IMG/VR virus record: IMGVR_UViG_3300044681_000369
Span: 1 to 64,000 of that record
Source of the DNA: a virus
Length of the DNA: 64,000 nt
Strand: one strand, 5' to 3'
Position numbers and translations under genes: made by a program. How positions within the stretch are numbered: position 1 is the stretch's first letter; every line of letters starts with the position of its first letter. This document shows positions 28,149 to 37,538 of the stretch, piece by piece. Under the pieces are notes generated by a model. It was given only the letters and a program-made list of their open reading frames with translations. It was not told where the DNA came from and made no database searches.

Positions 28149-28161
28149 GGGTTACTCCACT

Positions 28162-28599
28162 TTATTTTAATGAAGCACGAATCATCCAGCCGTGCTTTGC
28201 ATGTTTATCTAATCGATCTTCTAGAAGATTTACTAATCCTCTTATATTCTTTTCTTCTGCCAACTTATGTGCTTCAATTAGTGACTCAACAACAGCGTCA
28301 TTTGCCGCTTCTAAATCGGCAAGCATACTTGTTACGTTTGTTCCTACAATATCTTTTTCTGAAATTGTAGTCATATCACTAAGAGCCTTCATATTAGCTG
28401 GAGCATATCCATCAATTGCTCTCAATTCTTCGGCAATAACATCGATTGCCGAGTAAACTTCCTGGTAAATATTACCAAAAAAGTCGTGAAACTGTGAGAA
28501 GTCTTTACCCTCTACATTCCAATGAAAGCCATGCGCCTTAAAATACATCGCATAGCTATTTGCTATCAATACTCTAAGAGAGGTTTGCAACTTTTCCAT
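28162..28599 (-). CDS. dps: Dps ferritin-like protein
   Basis: FHWNVEG...FHDFF...D.IAEELR, WMIR. Confidence 0.93.
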   Translation of the reverse strand: MEKLQTSLRVLIANSYAMYFKAHGFHWNVEGKDFSQFHDFFGNIYQEVYSAIDVIAEELRAIDGYAPANMKALSDMTTISEKDIVGTNVTSMLADLEAANDAVVESLIEAHKLAEEKNIRGLVNLLEDRLDKHAKHGWMIRASLK

Positions 28600-30284
28600 T
28601 ATTTTTTCTTCGCTTTATTTGCAACTCGTTGTCTGTCTCTGACACGCTCCTTCTGAAGCATACGGACAGACAATCTTGCAACCATAGGTGCCATGCGCTT
28701 TGCCATGGCTTCATATCTAGTCTTCTCTGCGGGAGACAATGATGCTCTGTCTCTACCTCTTAGAAGTCTCTTGTATACCATATTTCTGGCAGTTCTAGTT
28801 GCTCTCTTTTTAATTCTATCTGGAGTAGCAATTCTCTTCAACTGCAAATTTTTGGCAAGATTTCTCTTATTTTTTGTGCGAATTGCCGCAAACTTTTTCT
28901 TTAGACGACCTTGTGGAGTTAGCCCTTCCTCAAGCTCTTCACTCTCGTCTTCGTCTTCCTCATCACAATTTAGGTCCCACTCATCGTTATCATAAGTGGA
29001 CAGCAACTCTTCCCATGTTGCTTCCTCAATCTCGTTCGCAACTTCTAGTTCAATTTCATTTTGTTCAAATTGAGAAAGTTCAGGAACTGGATAGTTTGGT
29101 CCATCAGTCATAGGTGCAATCTTTTGCACAGCGGTATCACAATCGCCACAGCAGTCTGGAGTTCCACAGTTTACATGTTCCTCTGAGATTGCTCTCATAA
29201 AATCTGCATGTGATTTGTGCGCACGTTTTACTAAACCCTCTTTCTCAATAGAAGACTTGAGAGAATGGTATCGATCATTAAATTTCTCGACATGATTTGG
29301 TGCTACATGATGTTCACCACCATCACGAAACTTAACTTTAGAACCGATAGAGGTTGCTTTCCTCAATTGCATAACCAAATGCTCATGCGGTGCGCCTGGA
29401 TTGGCAGCCTGTTTGGTGTTAGCCACGTCTTGCTTCGCTTTAGCCCTAACTTTTGGGTCAGCAAGTCTACTTCTTAGTTTAGCCGCGAATTCAGCCCGCT
29501 TTTTTGCCCCTAGTGCAGATATCTCATTTAACGCTTCTTCTTTATATACTTCGGGAGCAAAACCTTTGTGAATATCCATTTCAGGAATCTTATCATTTGC
29601 CATGCACTCTTGACCTGGGGTCATTGTGGCAAACTTCTTGCGGAGTTCAGGACGACCCCACTCATTTTCTTTGCCTAGAACTTCGTCTAGTTGGGTTTCT
29701 TCATTACAGTTCCAACGGCGCAGTGACATAGCCTTGCGAGTTGGACGACCCTTCTCATCCTTCATTGGACCTTTCATGCCGCCCATACGGGCGCAGAATG
29801 ACTTGCGGCGCTTTGCAGCCTTGCCGTTTGGATCTAGCTTGCTTGGAGGTGTAGTAACAGCAGTCTTTACACCCATTGCCTTGGCACCCTTACGAGTTAA
29901 ACCGGCACCATCTTCTGTCTTGCGATAATAACCTTTTTTGTCGGCGCCTCGCTCCATTATAACTTCTTCATTGGTCGACTTGGCTGCCTTACTTCCCTTT
30001 ATCGCGGCATTCATGGCTTTCTTTGCAAGATGTTTGGCAATGTTCTTTACTTCATTACCATATTCATCCTTATAAGTTCCTTTCTTGCGTGAAGGATTCT
30101 TTGGATCTTCATGCCAAGGTAAATCTTTAGACTCTTTAACTTTTGTGACTTGAGCATTTAGTGGATAATATGTCTCTTCTGGCACACAATTAGGGACCTC
30201 TTTGGCACCCTTCTTTTTCATGCCCACCATTTTATACCCCTTCCAACAGGGATCATTTTTCATTTTTTTAAATGTTTTAGCCAT
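28599..30284 (-). CDS. Large modular late protein (DUF6321-like block)
   Basis: CWKGY...VPNCVPE, RRKSFCARM...RRWNC; GGAG RBS before 30284. Confidence 0.75.
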   Translation of the reverse strand: MAKTFKKMKNDPCWKGYKMVGMKKKGAKEVPNCVPEETYYPLNAQVTKVKESKDLPWHEDPKNPSRKKGTYKDEYGNEVKNIAKHLAKKAMNAAIKGSKAAKSTNEEVIMERGADKKGYYRKTEDGAGLTRKGAKAMGVKTAVTTPPSKLDPNGKAAKRRKSFCARMGGMKGPMKDEKGRPTRKAMSLRRWNCNEETQLDEVLGKENEWGRPELRKKFATMTPGQECMANDKIPEMDIHKGFAPEVYKEEALNEISALGAKKRAEFAAKLRSRLADPKVRAKAKQDVANTKQAANPGAPHEHLVMQLRKATSIGSKVKFRDGGEHHVAPNHVEKFNDRYHSLKSSIEKEGLVKRAHKSHADFMRAISEEHVNCGTPDCCGDCDTAVQKIAPMTDGPNYPVPELSQFEQNEIELEVANEIEEATWEELLSTYDNDEWDLNCDEEDEDESEELEEGLTPQGRLKKKFAAIRTKNKRNLAKNLQLKRIATPDRIKKRATRTARNMVYKRLLRGRDRASLSPAEKTRYEAMAKRMAPMVARLSVRMLQKERVRDRQRVANKAKKK

Positions 30285-30306
30285 ATTAACTCCAAGGTTC
30301 TTCATC

Positions 30307-30314
30307 TATTTATA
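30307..30314 (-). promoter_or_regulatory. T4-type late promoter
   Basis: TATAAATA. Confidence 0.8.
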
Positions 30315-30317
30315 AGA

Positions 30318-30707
30318 TCAAGACCCTGGATCCTCTGTTGTTGGTTCTTTAGGCTTTGCTTGCTCTTCATAATATACAATTAATGCTTGTTGTTGACCAA
30401 GATATCGTTTAATCTCGGCAAGATTTAGTGCCATATTTTCATATGTAGGAACACTAATTGCATAGAATACAAAGTTGCCATTATCTCTAATGAATTTGGC
30501 TTTAAACTCTTCAAAGTTTTCTGGAGTAACCACATACCAACGGACTTCATGAAGATCCAATGGCTTTGGTCTTCCTTGAATAGGAATAGTTCTCTCTACA
30601 GTCTGTATTTGAGTTACAATTCTTTCTTTAGGCTTGAAAAAAGCACAGCCAGAAAGAAGCAAGCTACTCGCTAGGAGTGGGAATAGCAGTTTGCTGTTCG
30701 AGATCAT
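30318..30707 (-). CDS. o-spanin (Rz1-like lipoprotein)
   Basis: Lipobox LLSGC; overlaps 3' end of the i-spanin. Confidence 0.75.
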   Translation of the reverse strand: MISNSKLLFPLLASSLLLSGCAFFKPKERIVTQIQTVERTIPIQGRPKPLDLHEVRWYVVTPENFEEFKAKFIRDNGNFVFYAISVPTYENMALNLAEIKRYLGQQQALIVYYEEQAKPKEPTTEDPGS

Positions 30708-31047
30708 TGAAAATTGCCTGTGTTGCATCGTTAATTCTCTTTTCTATCATACCGGGTCTTTGCTCAGACAATCTTGTTAAATCGTGTCTGCGCAATTTTG
30801 CAATTAATTCGTCTTGATATGCTTCAGCTTCACGCAAATTTACATTGAGTGTTTCGACCTTTGCTTGCGTTGAAACCATATCGAGTTGCAGTTGATCAAA
30901 AGCCTGCTTATTTGCAACTGCGGCAGTTTCTGCTTTAGCCAGATTTGCGGCTGCTAATTCTAAACGCTCTTGTGTATCCTTATAATATAGATATGCGCCA
31001 CCTAAAGTGGCAATTATAAAGATATATGGTAACAATCTAAAAAACAT
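30664..31047 (-). CDS. i-spanin (Rz-like)
   Basis: N-terminal TM plus coiled coil. Confidence 0.75.
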   Translation of the reverse strand: MFFRLLPYIFIIATLGGAYLYYKDTQERLELAAANLAKAETAAVANKQAFDQLQLDMVSTQAKVETLNVNLREAEAYQDELIAKLRRHDLTRLSEQRPGMIEKRINDATQAIFNDLEQQTAIPTPSE

Positions 31048-31049
31048 GA

Positions 31050-31229
31050 TTATGCTCTCTCATCTATCTTGTGTGGTCTCACTTCAGCAATTTCTAATTT
31101 ACCTTTATGGTTATAGGTATAAACAATAAAGTTTATGGCATTTTGAGTGGGCTTGATAACAGTTTTAATAATCTTTGGACGAAAATAATCCAAAAACGTA
31201 TCAATAGCAGATATCTTGCTTATTTCCAT
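31050..31229 (-). CDS. Small hypothetical protein, 59 aa, missed by ORF track
   Basis: MEISKISAIDTFLDYFRPK...KIDERA; fills the gap exactly. Confidence 0.65.
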   Translation of the reverse strand: MEISKISAIDTFLDYFRPKIIKTVIKPTQNAINFIVYTYNHKGKLEIAEVRPHKIDERA

Positions 31230-31825
31230 AAAGTTAAAAATTGCTTAAATGATACGGCTTCTCTCACACCCATGCCACCTCTAACTGCATGGTACATTTC
31301 TTCTTTATCTTTTTCCGACATAGCACTTGGTGCCATGGCATGAAACGCTCTTTGATCGCCAGATGCGGCAGCCGATCTCATCTTGGATGCCGAGGCGCCT
31401 GCTACTCCAACTTCATCATCACCTCGCTCTTCGCCTACGGTGTGAATTTTAATCTTGTTGAATTTATAGTATCCGTGTCTACCCTCTACGCCATTATACT
31501 TATTCATCAATGCATGAAACTCTGCGGCTCTGTCCGAACCAACATGCATATGCAATTCCGTTACACCCTGACTATGAAGTCTTGAAAGATGGTGTAGGAG
31601 TGTTGGGTAATTCTTATCTGCGGTAATAACGTTTGCACCAGGAAATGCTTTCTTAGCAAAATTCAATTTCTGATCTGGTGTTAGAGGATTCTTCTTAGCA
31701 TCCTGTGAACCAGTTAGAATGATAGTATGTCCATTTTCTCCTGCGGTATTTCTAACTTGATTGACTACAAGTTCATGACCAGCATGTATAGGATTCATTC
31801 TTCCTTGCGTAATATGATGGATCAT
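31220..31825 (-). CDS. Cytidylyltransferase-like (HxGH) nucleotidyltransferase
   Basis: GRMNPIHAGH, KNPL, VGSDR, SASKMR. Confidence 0.85.
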   Translation of the reverse strand: MIHHITQGRMNPIHAGHELVVNQVRNTAGENGHTIILTGSQDAKKNPLTPDQKLNFAKKAFPGANVITADKNYPTLLHHLSRLHSQGVTELHMHVGSDRAAEFHALMNKYNGVEGRHGYYKFNKIKIHTVGEERGDDEVGVAGASASKMRSAAASGDQRAFHAMAPSAMSEKDKEEMYHAVRGGMGVREAVSFKQFLTLWK

Positions 31826-32964
31826 TTTTTCATCCTCGAGGCTTTTAATTGCTTACTTCTTTCTCGATTAGCTTTAGAAAAGCCTTCTCTGTCAACGATC
31901 TTTAGTCCATTTGCAACATAACCTTCACCACCGGCTGCTTTGCCACCGACATGTGTGGTAAATCCACCCGAGCCATGGCGATCAAGACCTCTTGCCATAA
32001 TATTTGTAGCACGTTGAATATTGTCGTGAATATCAAAGGACTTATAGAAATCGTTTTGATTATTATCAACATGATCTAAGTCATCTTGCATAGTCTTTGC
32101 TTTGGCGTCTTTTGTTTTCTGCATCTTAACGGCATCAATAAGTTTCTGGTGCTTATTTCTCAGAAAATCTTTATATCCTTTGACGCTAGGTTGATCGCCA
32201 GTTTCTACGGTCTGATTGATGTAAGACCGCATATGCCCTTCATGACCTCTTAGATGATCCCAAGAATGCCCATGCATCAATTCGGATGCACGGTCAAGAT
32301 GTTGTCTTGCTTGTTCTTTATCTTTAGCATTCAAGAGCATGTGTTCCGGTTCAACGATGTGTGGAACCATGTGAACGTCTGGATGAGAACCAAAGTCGGA
32401 CATATCTGTAATTGGTTCAGCCTTACGTTCTGGACCAACAAGACGAGTGTGTACTGTGAGGCTTACTTTTGATCGGGCAAGTCTTTGTCCTTCTGGACTA
32501 TTTTTATGTGCCCGATATTCGACTGTGTTTGGTGTATGAGAAATTTCACCAGCAGGAGTAACTGTTCTAGTCTGTGGGGTAGACATAAATCCACCCTGAT
32601 ATTCTCCTGGCTCTTTAGGAAGAACTTTACTGGCGTGTGCTAAAAGTGCATGAAGAGGACCAGCAACATAAGGCTTATCGGCATACTGTGCATCGATGTC
32701 ATCTGGAGTATGATTGTATCTTGCGCCCTTGCCTTTATATTTTACTGAGACTGAACCGTCTGGATTTCGCATAAGATGGACTGACATTCTATCATCAATC
32801 TTGCGAGTCATGTTGGCTTTACCAGCTAAAGCGCCACGCAATGTCTTCATTGCGTGGTCAGCGGCTTCAGCTCCATCAAAGTATCTGTCAGATGGATGCT
32901 CAATGTGAGCAATTCCATCTTTATGTTCTACTTCTTCAGACAAGTATTCTCTAAACAAAAACAT
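31822..32964 (-). CDS. DUF6267-like protein (ligase-like motifs)
   Basis: HIEH, KIDD, YQG, PNTVEY, EGYV, KIVDR. Confidence 0.7.
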   Translation of the reverse strand: MFLFREYLSEEVEHKDGIAHIEHPSDRYFDGAEAADHAMKTLRGALAGKANMTRKIDDRMSVHLMRNPDGSVSVKYKGKGARYNHTPDDIDAQYADKPYVAGPLHALLAHASKVLPKEPGEYQGGFMSTPQTRTVTPAGEISHTPNTVEYRAHKNSPEGQRLARSKVSLTVHTRLVGPERKAEPITDMSDFGSHPDVHMVPHIVEPEHMLLNAKDKEQARQHLDRASELMHGHSWDHLRGHEGHMRSYINQTVETGDQPSVKGYKDFLRNKHQKLIDAVKMQKTKDAKAKTMQDDLDHVDNNQNDFYKSFDIHDNIQRATNIMARGLDRHGSGGFTTHVGGKAAGGEGYVANGLKIVDREGFSKANRERSKQLKASRMKK

Positions 32965-32995
32965 AGGAAGTCCATAACTTTTATACAGTACCCCC

Positions 32996-33003
32996 TATTT
33001 ATA
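32996..33003 (-). promoter_or_regulatory. T4-type late promoter
   Basis: TATAAATA. Confidence 0.8.
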
Positions 33004-33007
33004 AGAG

Positions 33008-33466
33008 TTAGGCTTCAGTTTTTACGTTTAATCCGGTTGGAAGGTTTGCAAAAATTCGCTCAAGCTCTTCTTCAACATCAATTTCAAGTAGATTAATAGG
33101 AGGAAAATCTACTGCACCATTTAGATTCAACTGAAAATGTTCTGAGTTTGTGGGCATGTCAGCGAGATATATTTGCCAACCAGCAACAGTTTCCCTCTGA
33201 TCAAAACTACCACCCTCAAACATGTGGGCAACTTTTTGCACCTGTTGTACAATCTCTTCCATGGTTGGAGGACCCTTAAAAAATCCACCTAGATATTCTT
33301 TACCACCAACAATCTTCCATAGGGGCATATCTGTATTACCCACATTTGCCCAGGTATGACTTGCGATAATCAACTTTAGAGGCAAATCTTCTTCGGGAAT
33401 TGTAGGAACATCTAGTTCCACATTTACCGGTTCTTTTAAATTAATCTGTACTACATTATCACTCAT
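33008..33466 (-). CDS. Hypothetical protein
   Basis: GAGG RBS; follows tRNA-Arg. Confidence 0.7.
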   Translation of the reverse strand: MSDNVVQINLKEPVNVELDVPTIPEEDLPLKLIIASHTWANVGNTDMPLWKIVGGKEYLGGFFKGPPTMEEIVQQVQKVAHMFEGGSFDQRETVAGWQIYLADMPTNSEHFQLNLNGAVDFPPINLLEIDVEEELERIFANLPTGLNVKTEA

Positions 33467-33483
33467 TATTTACCTCATTAAAC

Positions 33484-33560
33484 TGGCGTCCCGTAAGAGA
33501 TTCGAACTCCTGACCTAGTGCTTAGAAGGCACTTGCTCTATCCGGCTGAGCTAACGGGAC
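33484..33560 (-). tRNA. tRNA-Arg(UCU)
   Basis: GTCCCGT/ACGGGAC stem, CT-TCT-AA loop, GCCA. Confidence 0.95.
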
Positions 33561-33568
33561 ATATTATT

Positions 33569-33597
33569 ATAATAGCAAACTTCTATTGGGATGTCAA
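33569..33597 (-). promoter_or_regulatory. Sigma70-type promoter of tRNA-Arg
   Basis: TTGACA-N17-TATTAT. Confidence 0.8.
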
Positions 33598-33598
33598 G

Positions 33599-34981
33599 TT
33601 AAAAATTAAATTTACTTACATCTCTTTTACCAAAGGATGAGTTTTCGAACACCGGAACATCATCACCAGAGTCGGTAATATCTGCCTGTTCGGATTCCTC
33701 AAGATCATACAGCCGCATCTTGCCCCGGTCAATACCAACCATAAAGCGTTTGTTTATACCAGGATCATTGTATCGATTCTTCAACTGCTTAATCATTAGC
33801 TGTCCCATCTTCTCTAGGTCTTCGGTGGAAATTAGGGCAAACATCAAGTCGGCGGTTGCTGGCAAACCAAAAGATTCGGATGTGTCTGTAAGTTCAACAT
33901 CTGAGTTTGCATAACCACTGCGAGTTGTTTGTGTAGCAGATACAATAGGAACATTAAACTCGACAGCAAGACCGCGCAACTCTTCTGCAATACTCTTAAC
34001 ATATGTATAAGAATTTACGGAACCGCCCTGCTTGATTCGACTTGATGCCGCAATATTCAAGTAGTCAACAAAAATAATGTCCGGAGAAAAGTTTCTCTTT
34101 AGTGCAAGTTCATTCAACAGGGCTTTGAAGTGACCCACGTGGGCACCAGCAGTTGGATATTCCTTGATGATCAATCTACCCTCGGTCTTCGATTTGATCT
34201 TACTAATTCTCTGCTCAAACATTTTCCGAGGCAGGTCTTTAAGTTCTTGAATATTGACATTCATCAAGTTGGCGTCAATACGTTCGGCAATGCGCTCTTC
34301 TGCCATCTCTAGGGTAATATAGAGTACATTCTTTCCTTGTGATAATGCACCGGCTGCCACATGACACATAAACAAAGATTTACCAACGCCAGTACCAGCA
34401 AGGGCAATATTCAAAGTCTTGTTTGGCAAACCACCATTAGTGATTTTATTTAACATTTCAAGATCAAAAGGAATCTTTTCTTCCTTCTGATGGTAGAAGT
34501 CATAACGATTGTCGGCATTATCGATATAATCGTGTCCGACATTATTGTCAAACCCTACGGCAAGGGCATCGGATAAGATTGAAGGAATGCCATCTTGAGA
34601 AAAGTCTTTGTTACTACCATCTATAATCTGAATAGACTTCATGATGGCATTATATACGGCTTGATCTTTACAAAACTTTTCTGTGGATTCCAAAAGCCAA
34701 GAAGTATTTACTTCAACATCATCATCAATTCCAGTAAGTGTTTCAACAATTTTGGTAAACTCACGCTCGTTTATGCGTTTATCATTTTGTACTGTAATTG
34801 TGATTGCATCAACTGTAGGCAAGGCATTATACTTACCAACAAACTCTCGCACATAAGAAAAAATGGTGCGCTCGGCACCGTCCTGGAAATATTCGTCTTT
34901 TAAAAACGGAATAACCTTTCGCAAATAGTCTTCGTCTGAAAACAATTTACTGAGAATGATTGTCTCTATCTTCTTCTGCAT
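33599..34981 (-). CDS. gp41: Replicative helicase
   Basis: AGTGVGKS, LEMAEE, VDYLN, SESFGLPATAD, KNRY. Confidence 0.97.
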   Translation of the reverse strand: MQKKIETIILSKLFSDEDYLRKVIPFLKDEYFQDGAERTIFSYVREFVGKYNALPTVDAITITVQNDKRINEREFTKIVETLTGIDDDVEVNTSWLLESTEKFCKDQAVYNAIMKSIQIIDGSNKDFSQDGIPSILSDALAVGFDNNVGHDYIDNADNRYDFYHQKEEKIPFDLEMLNKITNGGLPNKTLNIALAGTGVGKSLFMCHVAAGALSQGKNVLYITLEMAEERIAERIDANLMNVNIQELKDLPRKMFEQRISKIKSKTEGRLIIKEYPTAGAHVGHFKALLNELALKRNFSPDIIFVDYLNIAASSRIKQGGSVNSYTYVKSIAEELRGLAVEFNVPIVSATQTTRSGYANSDVELTDTSESFGLPATADLMFALISTEDLEKMGQLMIKQLKNRYNDPGINKRFMVGIDRGKMRLYDLEESEQADITDSGDDVPVFENSSFGKRDVSKFNF

Positions 34982-35183
34982 TTATTTCCTCAAACAGTTC
35001 ATCATTAAGAGTATCTAGCCACGCTTGTTCGGCACAATTTTCACAAACGTATACTTCAAATTCTACACCAAGTTGTTCTCCATGTAAACAGATTGCGGCA
35101 TCTTTTTTGGGGTCGATGCCGCAACCACATTGATCACAAATTTTCGTATTCTTCTGAAATATCTTCGTCAGAAATTTCAACAT
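34947..35183 (-). CDS. Small Cys-rich hypothetical protein
   Basis: CDQC...CENC; between uvsX and gp41. Confidence 0.55.
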   Translation of the reverse strand: MLKFLTKIFQKNTKICDQCGCGIDPKKDAAICLHGEQLGVEFEVYVCENCAEQAWLDTLNDELFEEINAEEDRDNHSQ

Positions 35184-36222
35184 TATCTGTCTCCAGCATT
35201 TGACCACCAGCCATGCGATAGCGTTTCTCAATCCATTGAGCAAATGTTTCATCAGTTAAAATGGGCATCCAAAATTCCTTGGAATAGGTATCTTTGATGC
35301 GAAACTTCTTATCTTCAACTTCACCGGTGGTAATATTAACCCTAGAATACCAACCGTTGCTCGGCTTGACAACGTGACCAGATGCTATAGCCATATCTAG
35401 CAATCCTGACCACTTGGCAATACCACCCTCAAATGTAACCTCAATAGGAATCTTAGACTTCTCTCGGACGTAGCGTGACTTCTCTACGTTAATGATGAAG
35501 TTATAACCTACAATGTCTGTGCCCTCTTTCTCTTGCTGGCGACCAATGATAAAGATGTTGTCAGCAGAGTAGTAAATGCCTGTTCCGCCAGATACGATAT
35601 CCTTAGGAAACATGCCGATTTCTTTGTAGGTGTGATTGACAACAATAGCAGGAATATCTTTAAGCGTCAAGTGTGGAGTGATCATACGAAACAGAGACTT
35701 CATCTGCTTGGCACGGGTCATGTCAGCAACCGACTTACCATCAATTGCATCTTCAACTTCCTTCTTTGAAGCAAGATTGCCAACGGAATCGACAACAATC
35801 ATCACTCGGTCAGACCTTTCAAGATCATTCAACTGCGACATAATATCATGCTTCAACTGTTCGATATCAGTGATGGGCGTATGTACAACCTTGTCAGTAT
35901 CGATACCAAAGTTCTCAAAGTATGCTTGAGGCGCACCAAACTCGGAATCATAAAACAGAATAATACCATCTTCATACTTCTGTTGAAAGCTCTTGGCAAG
36001 CAACATAGCAAATGCTGTTTTGAAGTGCTTAGATGGACCAGCAAATACAGTCAGACCTGGAGTCAGACCGCCATCAAGTTTACCAGAAAGTGCCACGTTT
36101 AAAACTGGCACAGAGGTCTGGATCAAATCTTTTGTACTAAACAGCTTGCTACTTGAAAGAACACTAGTTTCTTTAATGGTGCTGTTCTTCTTCAGTTTCT
36201 CTAATAGATTACTCATTGCCAT
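35134..36222 (-). CDS. uvsX: RecA-like recombinase
   Basis: GPSKHFKT, YDSEFG, DMTRAK, SGGTG. Confidence 0.97.
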   Translation of the reverse strand: MAMSNLLEKLKKNSTIKETSVLSSSKLFSTKDLIQTSVPVLNVALSGKLDGGLTPGLTVFAGPSKHFKTAFAMLLAKSFQQKYEDGIILFYDSEFGAPQAYFENFGIDTDKVVHTPITDIEQLKHDIMSQLNDLERSDRVMIVVDSVGNLASKKEVEDAIDGKSVADMTRAKQMKSLFRMITPHLTLKDIPAIVVNHTYKEIGMFPKDIVSGGTGIYYSADNIFIIGRQQEKEGTDIVGYNFIINVEKSRYVREKSKIPIEVTFEGGIAKWSGLLDMAIASGHVVKPSNGWYSRVNITTGEVEDKKFRIKDTYSKEFWMPILTDETFAQWIEKRYRMAGGQMLETDNVEISDEDISEEYENL

Positions 36223-36646
36223 AGCCCTTCCACTCTTCAACATTTATACCGTTATTAATATAGACTTCACAACCACTAGATTGCCAGCCAGCATCATCTA
36301 AAAATTCAAAACCAAGTTCACCGTGTTTCTCTATGAATTCCTCTTCTTCATCGGAATCCATTTCTGTGCCGTGAAAATAGATGTCTTCCGAACAGCCGTC
36401 ATAGGTAGAGAGTAGTTCCCACTCAGAAAAGGCAGAAACCTCAAACTCCTCTTCAGACAAAATGCCTTCATGTAACATGACAACCTCATCCTCATCGGCT
36501 GGCACGATAACATATTCGCCATATCTCCAGCAGGTAACAACTTCAACGCTACCTGGAAGATCCGAATGATTAAAGTATTCACACTCAACGACAGACTTTT
36601 TAAACTTCGGTTCTACCCGATAAGACTTTCCGATTTCAATCATCAT
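36209..36646 (-). CDS. Acidic hypothetical protein
   Basis: GGAG RBS and upstream promoter. Confidence 0.7.
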   Translation of the reverse strand: MMIEIGKSYRVEPKFKKSVVECEYFNHSDLPGSVEVVTCWRYGEYVIVPADEDEVVMLHEGILSEEEFEVSAFSEWELLSTYDGCSEDIYFHGTEMDSDEEEEFIEKHGELGFEFLDDAGWQSSGCEVYINNGINVEEWKGYGNE

Positions 36647-36677
36647 TTATTGCACTCCTACAAGTTTTATTAGGAAG

Positions 36678-36707
36678 AATATAACACAAAGATGTCATGT
36701 CTGTCAA
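36678..36707 (-). promoter_or_regulatory. Sigma70-type promoter
   Basis: TTGACA-N18-TATATT. Confidence 0.6.
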
Positions 36708-36713
36708 GACATT

Positions 36714-37505
36714 TTATAAAATACCGTCTCGTCTCATCGACTCTCGTATCTTTGTGGCACTAACAGAATGGATAGCATCATCGAATACTTCTTGTTCAAT
36801 CTTATATCCGACATCACGACCATAAGTAATGTTTACGATGTTTGGTGCAAGATAAATTCTAAACTTACCTGCATACTCATATAATTCTTGTTCGATGTTG
36901 GCGGCAATATCCGCTTGATTCCAAGGATTACTTTCCGAAATAGGCATATCACGAATTAGAATAGCTACCTGTCCGTGCTTTGCCAATGCTCTCTCAAACA
37001 ACGCACGGTGCCCGGCGTGAAATGGCTGAAAGCGACCCAACATCTGAGTGGTTGGTTGATTAGTTTGAAACTCGCTATCCTTAATATCGACAGCCAAGAG
37101 TTTAGCCCAACGTTCAACCCATTCATCACTCCACCACTCGTCGGCTGTAATTTCCATATCAACGATATCTGGTGCTTCAAACATCTTGTTGGTATCTTCA
37201 AAGCGACCTTCTTTGATGGTGTTCATCCAGATCACATAGTCAGCTTTAAATTCTTCACGCAACGCTTGTGTCGGACATACAAAGTCAGCCATGCCATAGC
37301 GACCGTCCAATACACTCTTCCAGGTAAGATCGTACATGCGCTTCATTTGACGGGTACGACCTTCTGGGCTAAAATCCCAATCATCAAACTGCTTACGAAC
37401 ACTGTCGGCATTATACCAGTCAGCGTTACCAAGTGTTTCCTTTAAACGTTTAGCCAGCGTAGTCTTGCCAGCCCCAGGTAAACCACATATCAAAATCCGT
37501 TTCAT
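36714..37505 (-). CDS. cysC: APS-kinase-like domain fused to HxGH nucleotidyltransferase domain
   Basis: GLPGAGKTT, NADSVR, DFS.EGR, FVCP, FEAP; GRFQPFHAGH, SATKIR. Confidence 0.8.
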   Translation of the reverse strand: MKRILICGLPGAGKTTLAKRLKETLGNADWYNADSVRKQFDDWDFSPEGRTRQMKRMYDLTWKSVLDGRYGMADFVCPTQALREEFKADYVIWMNTIKEGRFEDTNKMFEAPDIVDMEITADEWWSDEWVERWAKLLAVDIKDSEFQTNQPTTQMLGRFQPFHAGHRALFERALAKHGQVAILIRDMPISESNPWNQADIAANIEQELYEYAGKFRIYLAPNIVNITYGRDVGYKIEQEVFDDAIHSVSATKIRESMRRDGIL

Positions 37506-37538
37506 ATATTACCCTTTAAAAATATTAAATTACTCCCA

